From NCBI RefSeq assembly GCF_018977255.1, contig NW_024704742.1, forward strand, positions 113,400,001-113,464,000: a stretch of DNA of 64,000 bases, read 5' to 3'. Both the position numbers and the translations under genes were made by a program. Source of the stretch: Callorhinchus milii (lineage: Eukaryota). The notes below the pieces were generated by a model. The model saw only the letters and a list, made by a program, of their open reading frames with translations. It was not told the origin of the DNA and did not search any database. Positions 44,861 to 59,457 of this stretch are shown here, piece after piece. Numbering within the stretch: position 1 is the stretch's first letter; every line of letters begins with the position of its first letter.

Positions 44861-46835
44861 CTGGAAGTAAAAGAAATTCACAATTAAACAAACAAACACG
44901 CAATAGACAAAGGAATACTACATTTTTCCAAATGTACCAAGAGTTAAGGTTAAAATTAAAATCAGTTTTTTAAACTATTTCCATATGATTTAATTTACCA
45001 AAAAGGGGCTAACTGATAATCCATGATTTTTAAGCACTTTCAGGAAACATAATGATCAATAATAATCCTTGCATTTGATATAGCACCTTTCACATCAGCA
45101 GGACGTTTCATAGGATTTAATGTAAAGTGGAGTGACTATTTTGTGGACAAATGTGGCAACAGAATTATCCCCAAAACAGCTGTGAGGTGAACACCCAATT
45201 TTATCTGGGGAACTTTGGCCAGGACACCAGATGAAACTTCTCTTTTCACATCGTGCTAAGGGATAGTCTATCAGTGCCAGTTTGAGATCAGGAATTTTAA
45301 TATAAGAGCATGATAATTAGTCTCACAGAAGTGCAAATAAACTGTATATTTAAACCTGAAGAATTTCAAAAAAGCTTTTGTCAACTGAACGTAGAAAATA
45401 TTCTAAAAAGGCAATTATGTGAACATTTTAAGCTATCATGATGCCAGGACTTTAGTTGTACTTTTAATTATGTGAATAAGAGTTGGATTACTTTGGCTCT
45501 GCTGTGTTAGATTGAATCAACAGTGGTTCCTACTCAACACAGATTCTTCCTGTCAAAGCTTGACAAATCCGCTGAGAGAAATGTTCAGCCACGTATGTAC
45601 TCTTACTGTTCCACTTCCAAACCGAGATGTCCATTTATTTCCAATTATTTTTATAAAAGTACTGTAATTAAAATGAGCAACATAAAAGGAAGCTTCAGGT
45701 CAATGTAACTGACCTGCTCTTTTGTAAGTCATGAGCACTTCAATAGCATGTGGGTTTTAAAAAGAATCAACATTCTCTTAAGCAATCATTTCTTTACGAC
45801 CCACTCAGGCCAAAGGGCACCTTTTGTGAACTAACAAAGCATGAAAGAATAAAATGTCTATGAATTATATCATTTAATGGTTCGGGACAACTGACAATTC
45901 CAGACACTTGAATAATGTTTAAATCTGGTATCTGGGTGGCCTACTATCTATGTAACAGTGAATCACTACATTTCCAGTCCAGGTTCCTGAGAATTAATCC
46001 CAAATTCAATCTCAAAAACATCACCACAGAAATATGGGCATAGTTATTCTCAGCCTGTGTGTTTCACTGGATCTGGGCTGCTAAATATACTACCTTGGTG
46101 ATAAAAAAGCACTTCATACAGAATAAAAACACCACACTATCTACTCCATGCTTTAAAAGCCTATCTCTATCAGATAATTATACTGAAAAACTAATAACCC
46201 GACTCTCTCACTTTCCTCACTGAAAAATAATTACATAGAATCACAGCACTAAATAGGCCATTCAGTTTCGGCAGTCTTTGTTGGTGTTAATTCTCCAAAT
46301 GAGCCTTCAACCATCCTAAATCTAGCCTCTTTCCATGCCCCTCTATTCCTCTAGTGTCCTGGTCAGGAACCACCTAAATTAAATTGGCCATTGACTTTCT
46401 GGCTACTTGTGGGACATTGCTGTGTGCAAATGGGCTGCCGTGTTTGCTTACAAATTCACAGTCACTACTCTTTACAGTAAATCCTATGAAGCACTTTGAG
46501 ACATCCTCCCTAAATCAAATGCAAGGATTATTATTATGTTTCTTTCTCATTTATGTTTCCTCTTAAATACACTGATGCTTCAGCCATGTCTGACAGTGAG
46601 TTCCACATTCATCCCCTGTGTAAAAAAAGTTCCTCTTAAACTCTCTTTTAGATCTGTTAGTGGCTATCTTATATTAATGCCGCTTCTTATGGACTCAACC
46701 CAAGAAGCAGAAAGTTATCCCAGTCAATCATATCACACTTCATAAAAATGTAAAATGTCCTGGAGCATACTATTGCATACTATTAATACACTGAGCCCTT
46801 CTCTAACTTGCCCCCAAAATACTGGAAAAACTTAC

Positions 46836-47018
46836 GTATTAAGCAGCTGACCCTTGGTTCATCCCAGTGTCCATTGGATCGACATTTGATGATTGGAATG
46901 TGGCGCTGGATGAAGCCAGATCTGCAGTGGTACCTGACCAGCGAGTTTATTTCATATCGAGGCTTCATCTTGCCAAATGTTCTGGCATTTTGCACAACAG
47001 GAGGCTGACCACAGGCGA
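46836..47018 (-). CDS. VCAN: Versican G3 CCP/Sushi exon (183 nt, phase 1-1)
   Basis: Acceptor gctttag|TC and donor ATAC|gtaagt. Encodes [61 protein letters not shown]. Confidence 0.96.
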
Positions 47019-47222
47019 CTAAAGCAGATAAAACAAAAATCAGGGTGTCTTTATGAAGAAGGATCAATGAAAAACACCCAATGGTGTAAATACTTCTGAA
47101 CAATTCCACTTCACCCTGTGCAAAATACAGGTCATACTTTTTATTCATAGCCTGTGAAAACTGTGACAATGAGCATTGCTACTGTACTTTTTGTCAAAAT
47201 ATTAGTTACCATAATTTTGTTA

Positions 47223-47480
<258 letters not shown>

Positions 47481-48434
47481 TTAAAAAGAATTCAAAGCAG
47501 ACTTCCTCAGTTGCTCAGCCTGAAAATGAACTATATGAAAATGAACCCAGGATTCAGATTCAATAACTGAGATGAGCCAAGTTTGCTGATCTCAATAGCG
47601 ATAGCGAAAAGGAAGCTGCAAATGGCTCAAGTGTCACTGAGCGCAGAGGAGAAAAAAATCAGACGGGGTTACTGCATCTGATTTCAAGCCTGTGATTCCC
47701 ACTGGAAGGTTCAATCCTATTGATATCAGACTCTGATGCCCCCCTACAATTGCATAATCTCCTAACTGACTACTTACAGACTGTCCAAATACAATTAAGA
47801 AGAGGACCTCTTGGGAGCGAGGTTCCGGAGAACGAACATGACTTCAGCATATGAGGAAAGGAAACCGGACGTGGAAAAGGGAATTGGAACTAGTAAAACT
47901 GTTATCATATTTTTCTATCATTGTGTTTATCTCTGAAACACAACAATATACATCTGAGTTTTAAGAAGCGAGGGAACATGGTGAACATTCCATATGGTAC
48001 AAAATGCTTCAAATCTGAAATGTTCTGGCCAAGTGAGCATAATTAGGCAGATGCTATCGTTTTACTAACATAATTATTGTGGTGTTGATGCTGGCATCAC
48101 ATGCGTGCTCAGTGGCTCAGTATAATTACATGCAAATTACAACAAACTGCCGCACTCAATGCAGGAAGTTATGAGTACTACTAGATAAATGCTTGCCCAC
48201 TGGACTTTCATTTTAAAAGAGACTAATTATTATTTGGAATTATAATTCAGAGAGTATTTCAGTGTTTATGTTACGGGGTAGGAAATGTTTGATAAATCTT
48301 TAATATTTCACTGTTATGCCTCTGGTTCTTCTCACAGATTAAATCTCTAGACTTCCCTATATTCCTCTGTTATGAGGATTCATTCAGTATTTAACTGGCT
48401 CACATTCCTCCGCTATACAATATATTTTTTATGT

Positions 48435-48655
48435 AATAATAACCCTTGCATTTGATAGAAAACCTTATCATGCCGTCGAGATGCCTCAAAGTGTTGCACA
48501 AGATCTCACTGTGAAGTGTAGTGACTGTATTTGTGGAAAAACGGCGCAACCAATTTGTGTACAGCAGTGTTTCACAAATAGCCATGAAGTGAGTTACAAT
48601 TTTATTGGGAGAAACTGGGAGAAACCCCCTTCTCTTTTCGAATAGTGTTGTGGGA
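48435..48655 (-). mobile_element. Deu-type SINE 3' fragment
   Basis: Reverse complement of the shared tail plus a GGAGAAAC.CCC.TCTCTTTTCGAATAGTG segment. Confidence 0.7.
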
Positions 48656-50847
48656 CTTACAGCCCTTACAACCCATACACTAACAGCCCTTGCTGAGTAT
48701 GTACCAGCACGATTAAAAATTATTCCAAAACCAATCATTCAGCACACTAGATTTTATGTCATCCAATCTACCAACTTCTCTCTGAATAGTCAATATTAGC
48801 AGACAGAAATGAGCCTTAAAGGCAAGACACTAACTTACATTAAAATATAACAATGCTATCAACTTCAGAAATAGGCAAACACCTTTAACAAGTCATTTAT
48901 CTATATACACCAGCCAAATTGTTTTATAGATATTAGGTTGAAAGTCATTTTAAACAGCATAGAATTGTAAAGTTTTCTCTTTGACTTGGAGCTTTGTTGG
49001 AGTTTACATCCCTGACACAAGAAAAATAATAAATCACAATCTCTGCATTTGGTATACCACCTCATCGCAACATTAAACCATCTCAAAGCTCTTCACAAGA
49101 TTTACTGTAAATTGGCAGTGACTGCGTATTTGTATGCAAACACGCAGACAAATTTTGTACACACCAATATCTCGCAAACAACCATAAAGAAAGGATTTGC
49201 AATTATAAAGCTCCATATCATGTCAAAATACTTCACAATAAATGACTATTAAGTGTAGTGATCGCCCTTACTAGTCAAACACAGCATTTACACCAGCAAG
49301 GTCTACGAACAGCTTGAGGTGAATGACAAATTCATTTGAACTCCTTTCTTTTGTGAATAGTAGTACAGAATCCTTAACGTGCACCTGAACAGGAATACAA
49401 TATACTGCTTTAATATCTCATCTGATAGACAGCACATCTGACAATGAAGTAACCCTCCCCATACACACCATACAGCGTTTATATTGTCAACCTTGACTAG
49501 GAGTTTTAATGTGGGGTGTTGAACTCACAGTTTTTCAACATAAGAGATGTCACCAACTATGCCAGAATGACACACAGACAGAATGCTACTGTCCTGCATG
49601 AGCTTGCGTGATGAGAGAGAAATAGCAAGTAAAATCAGATTTTGTTCCTTAGGGACTGTGATATTTATGCCAAAATTAATTAACAATAAGGCTTCTCTTT
49701 GAGGAATGACCTTTAATTTGGTTCTTAACTAGTTTCCTGGTTTGAATACTTAATAGTATTACATTAGCCATATTGCTTAGCTCAATAACCTAATTATACA
49801 TCACTGCTGCATAAATCAGAGTAGTCAGTGTTAATTTTCTACTCACGTCATACTGTAATTAGCAATTCATAACACTGCATCAACTGAGCACCTCTTTCAT
49901 CTTGAAATGTGTCAAAACCATCTACTTGATTGTTGGGCTCAATGCACATAAAGATTCATTCCTGACTTTCCCCATAGTCCTGTGCAATATGCATCCAGCT
50001 CCTGACTACCCTACAGTCGTGTGTTATGAGGAATATATTGCTGCCCATAATTTTTAAAAAAATTAAATGTCATAAAGTACATTAACTTAGCACTTGGTTT
50101 TGTCCTTCCTATATGGATATGGAGATCCACACAAAAACTTTTCACAGAAAAAAAAAGAAGCTGAATGTATGTAGCACAGGACTGTCAGGACAGTTGACGT
50201 GAAGTCTTTTATGTATTGAGCCAATCAAGGTCAAATTATTTTTTTTATGCAATGCAAAACAAATAAGGTTTTGCTTTCCGTTGGTTCCTTATTCAGCTCC
50301 AACTTCCGGAGTTTCAGTGTCAAATTAGGATATCTTGCATTTGGTCAGAATGAATGGTAATTTGTTGTTTTAAAGAAATTCCCACAATATTTTTAAAGTA
50401 GTTCATTATTTTAATGACTATCCTGAGAATTAAAAAATACACATTGTGTAGTTACACATCCTTTATGATGACTTACATACTGCTGTAACATATTGCGGGA
50501 TTGATTCGATTTTTTTAAACCTGGGATCTGAATGGTCTTGGCAATGGTTTATTAATGTGGCCCTTGGTAAGACTGAGCAAAACGCCAGGACACTGAATCA
50601 GATTATAATGCCTTGTCAAAACTGAACCAAATCTGATAAGTGAACGTCATTAAAACACTCTTCTGGCCAAGTTGCTTAAATTTAACAAAATTATGCTGTT
50701 CGATGACTTTCATGGAGAACATTTTAGGATTCCATATACTAGTAACTTCACTTAACAGATTTTTCCTTTTCCTTATTCCATTTCTGTATAGTGTACATTA
50801 CATTTCATCTAATCCGTGCTAATTTCTATAAATGGAAAGCACTCTAA

Positions 50848-51152
50848 ATGGAGCTCAGTGATTAGAGCACTCGCCTCGCAAGTGAGAGACCTGGGTTCGG
50901 CAGGGAGATACCTTGGGCAAGTTTCCTAACTCCACATGCCTAATAATAATCTCTCAAGAAAAAAACACAATAACAATTTAGTCACTCAATCCACGACTGT
51001 TTGTGGGACACTGCTGTGTGCAATTGGCTGCCGCATTTCACCCAAATTTACAGTCAATTTAGTTTACAGTATATTTTGTGAATCACTTTGAGACATTTCA
51101 AAGATGTAAAAAAGCGCAAAATCAAATGGAAGGATTATTATATTATTATTAT
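50848..51152 (+). mobile_element. tRNA-derived SINE, moderately diverged
   Basis: AGCTCAGTGATTAGAGCACTCGCCTCGCAAGTGAGAGACCTGGGTTCG..CCTTGGGCAAGT..(ATT)n. Confidence 0.85.
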
Positions 51153-52039
51153 AAATCAAACCATTCCCCTGCAATGCAAATCCAGAGAACATTATCTGGA
51201 ATGAAAGATGCATAATGTAATGCATGTTTCTTGTATCAAAATGGCACAAAATAGTTTTCAACACAAGTAACAAACTTTAGAAATGACCAGAAATGAGGGG
51301 CTTTTGACTGGAGCCAGTCTCAGTGGATCCCATGTAGATTAGGGAAGAGTTAGGACTGTTGAGTCAACCAAAGCAAGTCCTCTGAACAGAATTCCACTTA
51401 CACGTGTAACAATGATGCTTATATTTTGTAATTCATAATCCAGCAAAACCAGATATACTGGTGGCAAACCCCCTCCCCTCCCCCCACCAACATTGTTGTC
51501 AATAACATGGCTAACAAAGCTGACTTATACAGTTGCCTTTGGGTTCATTGGTAGTTAATGGGATCACAGCATTTTACCAAACCAGAACCTCAGAATTAGT
51601 CACTATCTTGGTCAGGAGTCAAACACCATGCTTCACGCTTCCATGGTCTTTGATTCACGGATGTCAACACTGAGATCAGTATCATTCTCGATATTTTATG
51701 AATTACATAATTGAAACCATATGTTAAGACTCCAGAAACAATGAATTGTTATTTATGAGGCCTACCAGCCCAAGTTCGATTTAATACTGTACCTATATTC
51801 CTCCCAGTCCACATGATGAAGCACTGTGAGATGTCCTCTTACTGTGAAAGGGGCTACATAAATGTCAATTGTTTTTGGATAGTGGTTTGGTGGTTCAGAT
51901 TGTTTTTGACAAGATAGCAGGAGAAACACTGAAATATAGATTTGAGTTCAGTTCAGGAGTTCAGCTACTGAGACACTACTGACTTGGCTCTCTCATACTC
52001 TTTGGTTCTCGTCAACGTCTAAAATCTCATGGCTCTCAT

Positions 52040-52799
52040 ATCCTCCACCTACCTGACCTCCACCTAAAACTCTCCGAATCCGTACGCAACCTAGGCATCA
52101 GGTTCAATCCCCAATTATCCTTCCTCCCCCACATCCGGTCCCTCACCAGCACCGCCTTTTTCCACCTCCGATGCATCGCCTGTCTCCTCCAATACCTCTC
52201 CCCAAAAGCCACTGAAACCCTAGTCCATGCCTTTGTCACCTCTCGGCTGGACTACTCCAACGCCCTCCTCGCCGGTCTCCCATCCACTACCATCCATAAA
52301 ATCCAGATCATTCAAAACTCTGCCGTCCGCATTCTCACCCACACCAAACTCCACTCCCCGATCACCCCAGTCCTTGCCAGACTGCACTGGCTGCCTATCC
52401 CAGAGAGGATCGACTTCAAGATCCTCATCCTTGTATTCAAATCTCTCCACTCCTCTGCACCCCCCTACCTCTCTGACCTCCCCTCTCCTCAAAACAGTAC
52501 CTGTTGCCTTCGTTCCTCCGGGTCTAGCCTCCTCCTTGACCCCCGAGTCCTCCGGCCCACCCTCAGCAGCCGTGCCTTCAGCCACTATGCCCCAAGGCTC
52601 TGGAATTCCCTTCCTCACTCCCCTCAACTTGCTCCCTCTTTTCCTATTTTCAGGTCCCTGCTGCAGACCTTTCTCTTCGACTGTGCCTTTGGTCACCTTC
52701 CTCCCCCTCCCTCGCCCCCGGGATCCGTTACTGTGAAGCGCTCTGAGATGCCATCCAGTGTGGAGGGCACTATATAAATCAAAGTTGTTGTTGTTGTTG
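52040..52799 (+). mobile_element. L2 LINE 3' fragment
   Basis: Homologous to 25015-25682 (GTCCATGCCTTTGTCACCTC, CACTGGCTGCCTATC, GACTTCAAGATCCTC); (TTG)n tail. Confidence 0.9.
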
Positions 52800-52897
52800 G
52801 CTTCAAAATATCCTCCATAAGTGAGAACCGATGAACGCTTCTATCAAACAAGCCATTCTGACCATCGTGTCTGTTCAGTGAGTCAGCCTCACTGAGC

Positions 52898-53338
52898 GCC
52901 AGCCTGGCTCATTTAGGCGCAAATAGCCTCTAAATCAGAAGATGCAGGTTCAAGCCCCCCGTGAGCACATGGAACTCAAATAGTGTATGCTGACACTCCA
53001 AATGCCTACTAGGGTTGTGTCCTGCATTGTTGGGAGTTGTCATCTTTTGGATGAAACTTTAAACCAAGGTCCTGTCTTCCTATTCTGGTGGACACTGAAC
53101 ATCCCATGGCATGATTTAAAAAGAAAAGGGGAGTTTTTTTCTCCCTGTATCCTGGCCAACAATCCTCCAAATAAAATAGGTCATTCACCCTGTGGCTGTT
53201 TCTGAACCACTGTTGTGTGCAAATTGGTTGCCATGATCGTCTACAAAGTACAGTCACTCTCCGTTGCAGTATACCTGTGAAGTTTTTGAGACATCCTCCT
53301 TACATGACAGGTACTATATTAAATGTAAGAATTATAAT
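52898..53338 (+). mobile_element. Old Deu-domain SINE, near full length
   Basis: CAGCCTGGCTC..TCAGAAG..GGTTCAAGCCCC head, GGATGAAAC.TTAAACCAAGGTCCTG..ATCCCATGGCA..CCTGGCCAA Deu-like core, and the shared tail. Confidence 0.78.
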
Positions 53339-55282
53339 ACCCATCAATTCCTTTCAATATTTTAAATACCTCAATCAAATCACCTCTTAATCCCCTCTAC
53401 TCTAAGGAATATAACCCCAGTTTACCCAGCCAGCCTCAATATGGAATGAGAAAGGGGGAATGGGGGAAAAGTGTATGTTTCATAATTTACTTTCTTATTT
53501 CCCGTATTTAACCACAACTGAATTGTATAAAGTAGATTTGATTCATAAAAATAAGCGAATCCTGCCTGCAAACCAATCAATAAACCTGTGATTAACTATC
53601 CACTCTGTATATTGGTGCTTCGCAATCCATAGTGAGCTATATTAACATTGAGCAGAATAAATCAGACATGCCTTAGGTAGGTCTATGTGGAATGTGACAG
53701 CTATCAATGTCTTAAATTTCCCCCGTCCACTTCATCAATTATTGTGTTAGACAGAAAATCGCTCAGTTTATTATTTTTCTTTTGGACAGCTGTGTGGCTG
53801 ACAGGTGTGAAAATCCATCATCATGCAATAAGAATATCTAAACCAGAATGAATTTCACATATGAATGCCACTTACAGATGGAAATTTCTGGGATGGAATG
53901 CACACTCACTCCCTTGCTTACCTAATTCCAGACAGTATAAGGTGCAGGTTGGTGAGAGCCAAAGCTTGTGCACCTCACCACATTAGCTGGGGTACTGCTG
54001 GGATTTAACCAGCTGAAACCGCATAGAAAGTCATTGAAAGCACAGTCTGGCAAGCAATCAAAGAATCTGCAAAGTTCCTGATTCTCTCTGCTGGTCATTA
54101 AATTTGCCAATCTTGGCAGTGCGGGTTTATAACAGGATATTCTCACTGTAAGATCTCACTGCCAAGGTCTGTAACCACACTGACCAGAGGAGGACAAAAT
54201 GCGCCCGTAGTTCAGCCAAGATCAGTAATTTATATGATGATCAGAGAATCACAGTATTTTGACATAGTATATGTCACACATGTAAAAGAAGAAAAGCTAA
54301 GTCCAGAAACATTGGTAACAGCCGAGAGCCATGTACAGGGATGAAGCTAACATCCAACATACGAGACTTGCAAAAAACAATTTTTTTTTATCGTGTGCAA
54401 AGGTTTAAGCCCACCAGAGTCTTTGCTTGAAAAGCCTGGCAATTCGTAAACTATTTCTCCTCGGAAGAAGAAAACGTAAAAGTCTAAAAGCCTAGAATTA
54501 ATATTCCCTGCAGCAACTATAAAAAGTATTAACATCAGCTTTTGGAAGTGTATAATTCACAAACGTTTCACATTTTGGAAAAGGACAGAGCCCAGGTACA
54601 CATGGTTCCTGTCACCTCATAGATTGTATATTAAATATCAAATGTATAAATGTCAAAGATACTGGAGTTGCATACATTATGCGTTAGCTGGCTTGGCTGC
54701 CTGTGTCATTTTCAGCCTTGGGAGAGGAAAAAAAATTGGCATGTAGTGTCTGTGTTACTGTGCAATATTTAGGAAGCTATCAAGACAAACGTTGTCTCCT
54801 TCTGAGATCTTTGCTCTTTCCTAAAATGATGTAAGTTTTGAAATGAAAGTTAAGCTAAACCATCTGACTGGGTCATGTTAGGTGACCTGTCCCAGTTGAA
54901 CAACGTTTGACCTCAGTTAAGGACAAACCAAGAGCTGCACTTAGCAAATCAGCCAGTCAGACAGTCTTCAGAGAATGATTTGTAAAGCAAGAGAGCTGCT
55001 GGTTAGGAGTAGTGATTGCTATCTTTGTAACTGCAGTATAGTGTAAGCTCCAGCAGAGATACAGAGATGGCATTCCACAAAACAGCTTCAAAGATGAAAT
55101 AGTGCACCCAACACTTTGTATCATGTAAGGAATGGTGAGATCCATCAGCACAGTATGTTTAAACAGGCACCGATGGATCATCTGCACTATCCTTGAAGCA
55201 CACCGCCACTTTCAACCAGCTTATCTACATCATAGGGTAGATAAGGCACATTGTATACAAAGTGCAGAATTCACTGTTCAAA

Positions 55283-55540
55283 CTTGCATTTATATATAGT
55301 GCACTTTACGCAGCACAGCATCTTGGATCGCTGCATAGTGGTGGGGATAGACACTGTCCAAGGGAGAAAAGGGGGAGGGGAAGATGACCATAGGCAGGTA
55401 GAAAAGATAGGTCTTCAGGTGGGATTTAAAGATAGATAAAGAGGAGGTGAGACAGAGGAACTGAGGCAAGAGGTTTCCAGAGATTAGGGGTGACAATGGC
55501 TAAAGTCACAACCACTGAAGGTGGCACAGAGGAGTCAGGG
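55283..55540 (-). mobile_element. Degenerate L2 3' end
   Basis: SSLSIFKSHLKTYLF on the minus strand plus the tail. Confidence 0.7.
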
Positions 55541-57152
55541 TGTGGAACAGATCTACTTTCCCACTGTAACCCATTCTCAGAGGAGGAAAGGGAAGAAAAA
55601 CTGTGGGAGAACAGAGAAAGATTTTGATTGAAATGAAAGCTTTTGATTAAAGCAGCTGTAGTCGATTCACCCAAGAATGTGAACAGACCACATAAGAGCT
55701 TTGCACACATCTTTTACATGCTGTATTAACTAGTTTGGCACAGCTGAATATATTTTAAGGTTAGAACAAAACTGTGAGAAAATGGATTCTTGTTTAAAGA
55801 TATGGCAAGTAAAAATTCCAATTCCATCTGGTGTCTCCCAAGTTTGGGTTAAGTTAACTTCAGAGACATATACATTAAATCAATTTCTAATTACAACCAA
55901 TGCCAGATCAAATCTAATTTGTAATTTAAAGCTACTCCAGTAATGGAAATTGTTTGATTAATAAATATCACCTTCACTTTTCTCTATTTCTTAAGAGGCC
56001 ATCCATACATTTTCACAATTTGGAAAATATTTTTTAAAGTATGGTGGGGTGGGGGGAGTGAAATGAGTTAATGTTCCATTTTTGTATCCATTACATCCAG
56101 ACAGTAAAACAAGAGGGCTCAAGTTCCAAGCTTTGAAGGGGAAGTTAAATACAGACACCTTTTCCAACCTAGTGCTCTTAGTCCTCTTTCAAATGTGATA
56201 ACAATAGTGGATGCCCTCTCCTTCCTATCATTTTTTTGAAATACATATATTTAATTGTTACATGTAAGCCGAGATGCTATCCCATGTGAAGGGCACAACA
56301 TAAATGCAAGTTGTTGTTGTATATTTCTTTTTGTAATAAGGCACAACACAACAGTAAATGAAATGCATTGTCATCCTGTGAGGAAATGGTTAAAAGAGGT
56401 AACGTATTTGGTGATTTCAAGTTAAGACTTGTCCCCAAATCAACGACAACAACAAAGAAGAGAAGTGTTTTGTTTAAAATGCTTCATTCAGCATTACAAA
56501 GGGACAAGTATATCATGGAGGCTAATGAGGACAATCCCAGCTGTTATTGATAGTTACAAGCCACGAAAACTCTCTTCCATTAATATGTACGTTTGCTTGA
56601 AATGAATCTGAATGTTGACCCTTAGTGGACTCATATTGTGTATGCATTTACACAGAGGGAAAGCAACAGCTAATTCAACAAAGGTTTGGCTTACTTAAGA
56701 AACAAGTAATATGAAGGCGATTGGGCATGTTTTCTGCAAGGATAAAATGGAAGGGGCCAAAGGGTCGCCATCATTAAATGATTATCATCATCACCTCTCT
56801 TGTGATCTCCTCCTTCTGGGAGTATTTATGAGTTATCCACTGGGAGAGTATCACAATGGAACTGCAACTGATGCAATTGGGCTTACCTGCTGTAAGCACA
56901 GTTAATGCACGGACAAAGGACAGTAATTGAGATTGTTGTCAGGAGTCTAAGGTCCTCTCACCCCCCATTAATGGAAAGAAATTGAAATCGAAGTAATGCA
57001 AGAAACCTAACATAGATTTTGCCTGGGTGTGCCAGAAACTCTCCCCCTGCCACTGCCCCTGCCCCCCCCCCCACCCCGTGGAATCATTCTCAATTCCAAT
57101 ATTGGTAGAAATCTGGAATTCTCTCCCCCAAAAGGCGGTCGATGTTGGATCC

Positions 57153-57372
57153 AGAATATAATGTAAAGTGAATTGACTGTATATTTTGTGGGCAAAACGC
57201 AGCAGCCAATTGCACACAGCAGTGTTCCACAAACAGTCGTGGATTGAAGTGACCAATTCTTTTTGAAGCAATTATTACTCCCGGAAATCAGCCAATCGAC
57301 TAATAACCGGGTTCCTACTTACTGCTAGATAAGAGATGTGTGGAATAAAAAAATTTGCCCAATGTTTTGCCC
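57153..57372 (-). mobile_element. Long-subfamily SINE internal fragment
   Basis: The reverse strand reads TTGGGCAAA..TCCACAC..CTAGCAGTAAGTAGGAACCCGG..AGTCGATTG..CCACGACTGTTTGTGG. Confidence 0.8.
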
Positions 57373-59307
57373 AGTGTCGAGAGTGTCTACATTCAATTGG
57401 ATTTTCTTCAACAGTACAGCTTTTTCAGTGAGGCTTTACTTACAGGTTCCACTGGGTGGAGCTTGCACCTTGTGACTGTCAGACCATCTGGTCAGAAACC
57501 ATGTGTTTAACAAGTCTTTCCAATTTGCTGCAAAGCCACTAACTTTTATTATTTGTGAAGAGTGGATGCTCTAGATTTCATGCACCTTGACAGACCGGTA
57601 TATTTCAAACTATGTGATACCTTGTGAATCTACAAATGATTGCTTGCATGTAACAATTAGTTCCATCAAATCAGAAATTTATTGGATCGATTCAATTGCT
57701 GGCAAATAATTTCCTATATCCTAACATAAACCAGACTCACAGAGATAACTGGCTGGCTCAAACAATCCTGAAATTAATAAATAGTTTGTTGGGAAGCGGG
57801 CTGTATTTTAAAGGAATCTTGGCACCATCTGCTTGGGACATTTTCTAAGAGAAGCCCATGTCATTTAATATGCCACTATTTTAAACATCTATTTCATTTC
57901 CTTTTTGAAGAATTTATGGGACTCTGCTTGAACAATGGTTACAGCACTATTTGGCATCAAGGACTGAACCACGCACCTTTGATAGGTTCCACCAACAGAA
58001 GAAAATTAAAATAGCATAGCATTCTTTCACTGAAATACCTTATAAGGTCAAACAACGCTAAAAGGCGTTTCAAAGAGAATAAAATCACACTTTTCTGTAG
58101 CAGTACAAACAAGTTGTAAGGAGAAAAATTGTGTTTTGAACGTATTTTAGTCATTTTTTGACGGTGAGCACTATCTGATGTTTCAGTCAGTGATAAAAGG
58201 GTAGAGGCAGAATCAACCTGTGTAAATCAGACAGACAAATAGCTGGGAATGGTGAAAGGGCAGGGTATTGGGATTAAAAGATCTGCTAAGATCTAATAAA
58301 CTGGGGGGTTGGGGGGGAGGTTAATAGCTCGATGGACTGAATGGCCTGCTCCTGTATTTTCTGTACGAATGTGTAGTAAGTATGCAGATGTATTGTGACT
58401 ATGCCTCCAAGACCAATAGGAAGCTGGAAACGTGGTGTAGGCTTGAAATTGTAGATGACACAAAATCAGATCATCCAAAATACACTCCAAACCTAAAATC
58501 TAATTTAATATGAACTCCCCCATTGGTACTTTGTTGTTTTAAATATGCGTAACCAACATCTGGAAAATGAGAAATTAGAACAGTTTCCTTTGAAGAATTC
58601 ATTGGGATTCATCTTAAACTGATCAATGATAAGGCTTTGTAAAAACGCAAGTTCTTTTCTCAAGCTTACCCAGAGTGCAGTTGGCCGAAGGTAAACAACA
58701 ATGTGCTGTGGACCACTAAACTTCCTCGTGCACATTCAATACTCTGTATCTATAGCCCACATTTAGCAGAAGAACTGGGACAGTGAAGCTGCACATGAAG
58801 TGGGATTTCACCATTCCCCCAGAAGCGGCAATGATAATGGCAACAGGTCAACAGTTCCCTACACCACCCTCCAGCAACATTCCACTTTATTTCTTGCAGT
58901 GAACAGCAATTTGTGATTTGTAAGAAACTGCCTGCAAGAATGTGCATTTGCACAGTTGTTGCCTGTGTTATCCCTGATGCTGTGGATCCATCCCACAAAG
59001 TTAACAGGCCAAATACGCAGCATCAGCAGGCTCAGAGCACTGCCGAGTAACGACTATTTGACCTGGCACTGCAGTACCATAGAACAAAGACACAGCACCA
59101 AAACTAGACCCCAGAAAGTTAAACAAGATGCATTTAAGCTGACATTATCCAGTGGCTTATTTTAGTGGGGAAGTTAAGCTGTGCATTTTTCATAACACTG
59201 AGTTATTTATTGGTGCTAACACTTTGTTGGACCCCTGTGGATTGACCACACTGCCTGCTCACAGGGGGTTTTCCTCTGAAAGATAAATGAATGAACAAAG
59301 TATTTCA

Positions 59308-59457
<150 letters not shown>

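Noticed and set aside
47019..47169. N-terminal extension of ORF 46783..47169 into the 293-nt intron
   Set aside because: Intronic read-through. The intron length is not a multiple of 3 and a canonical acceptor sits at 47020-47019.
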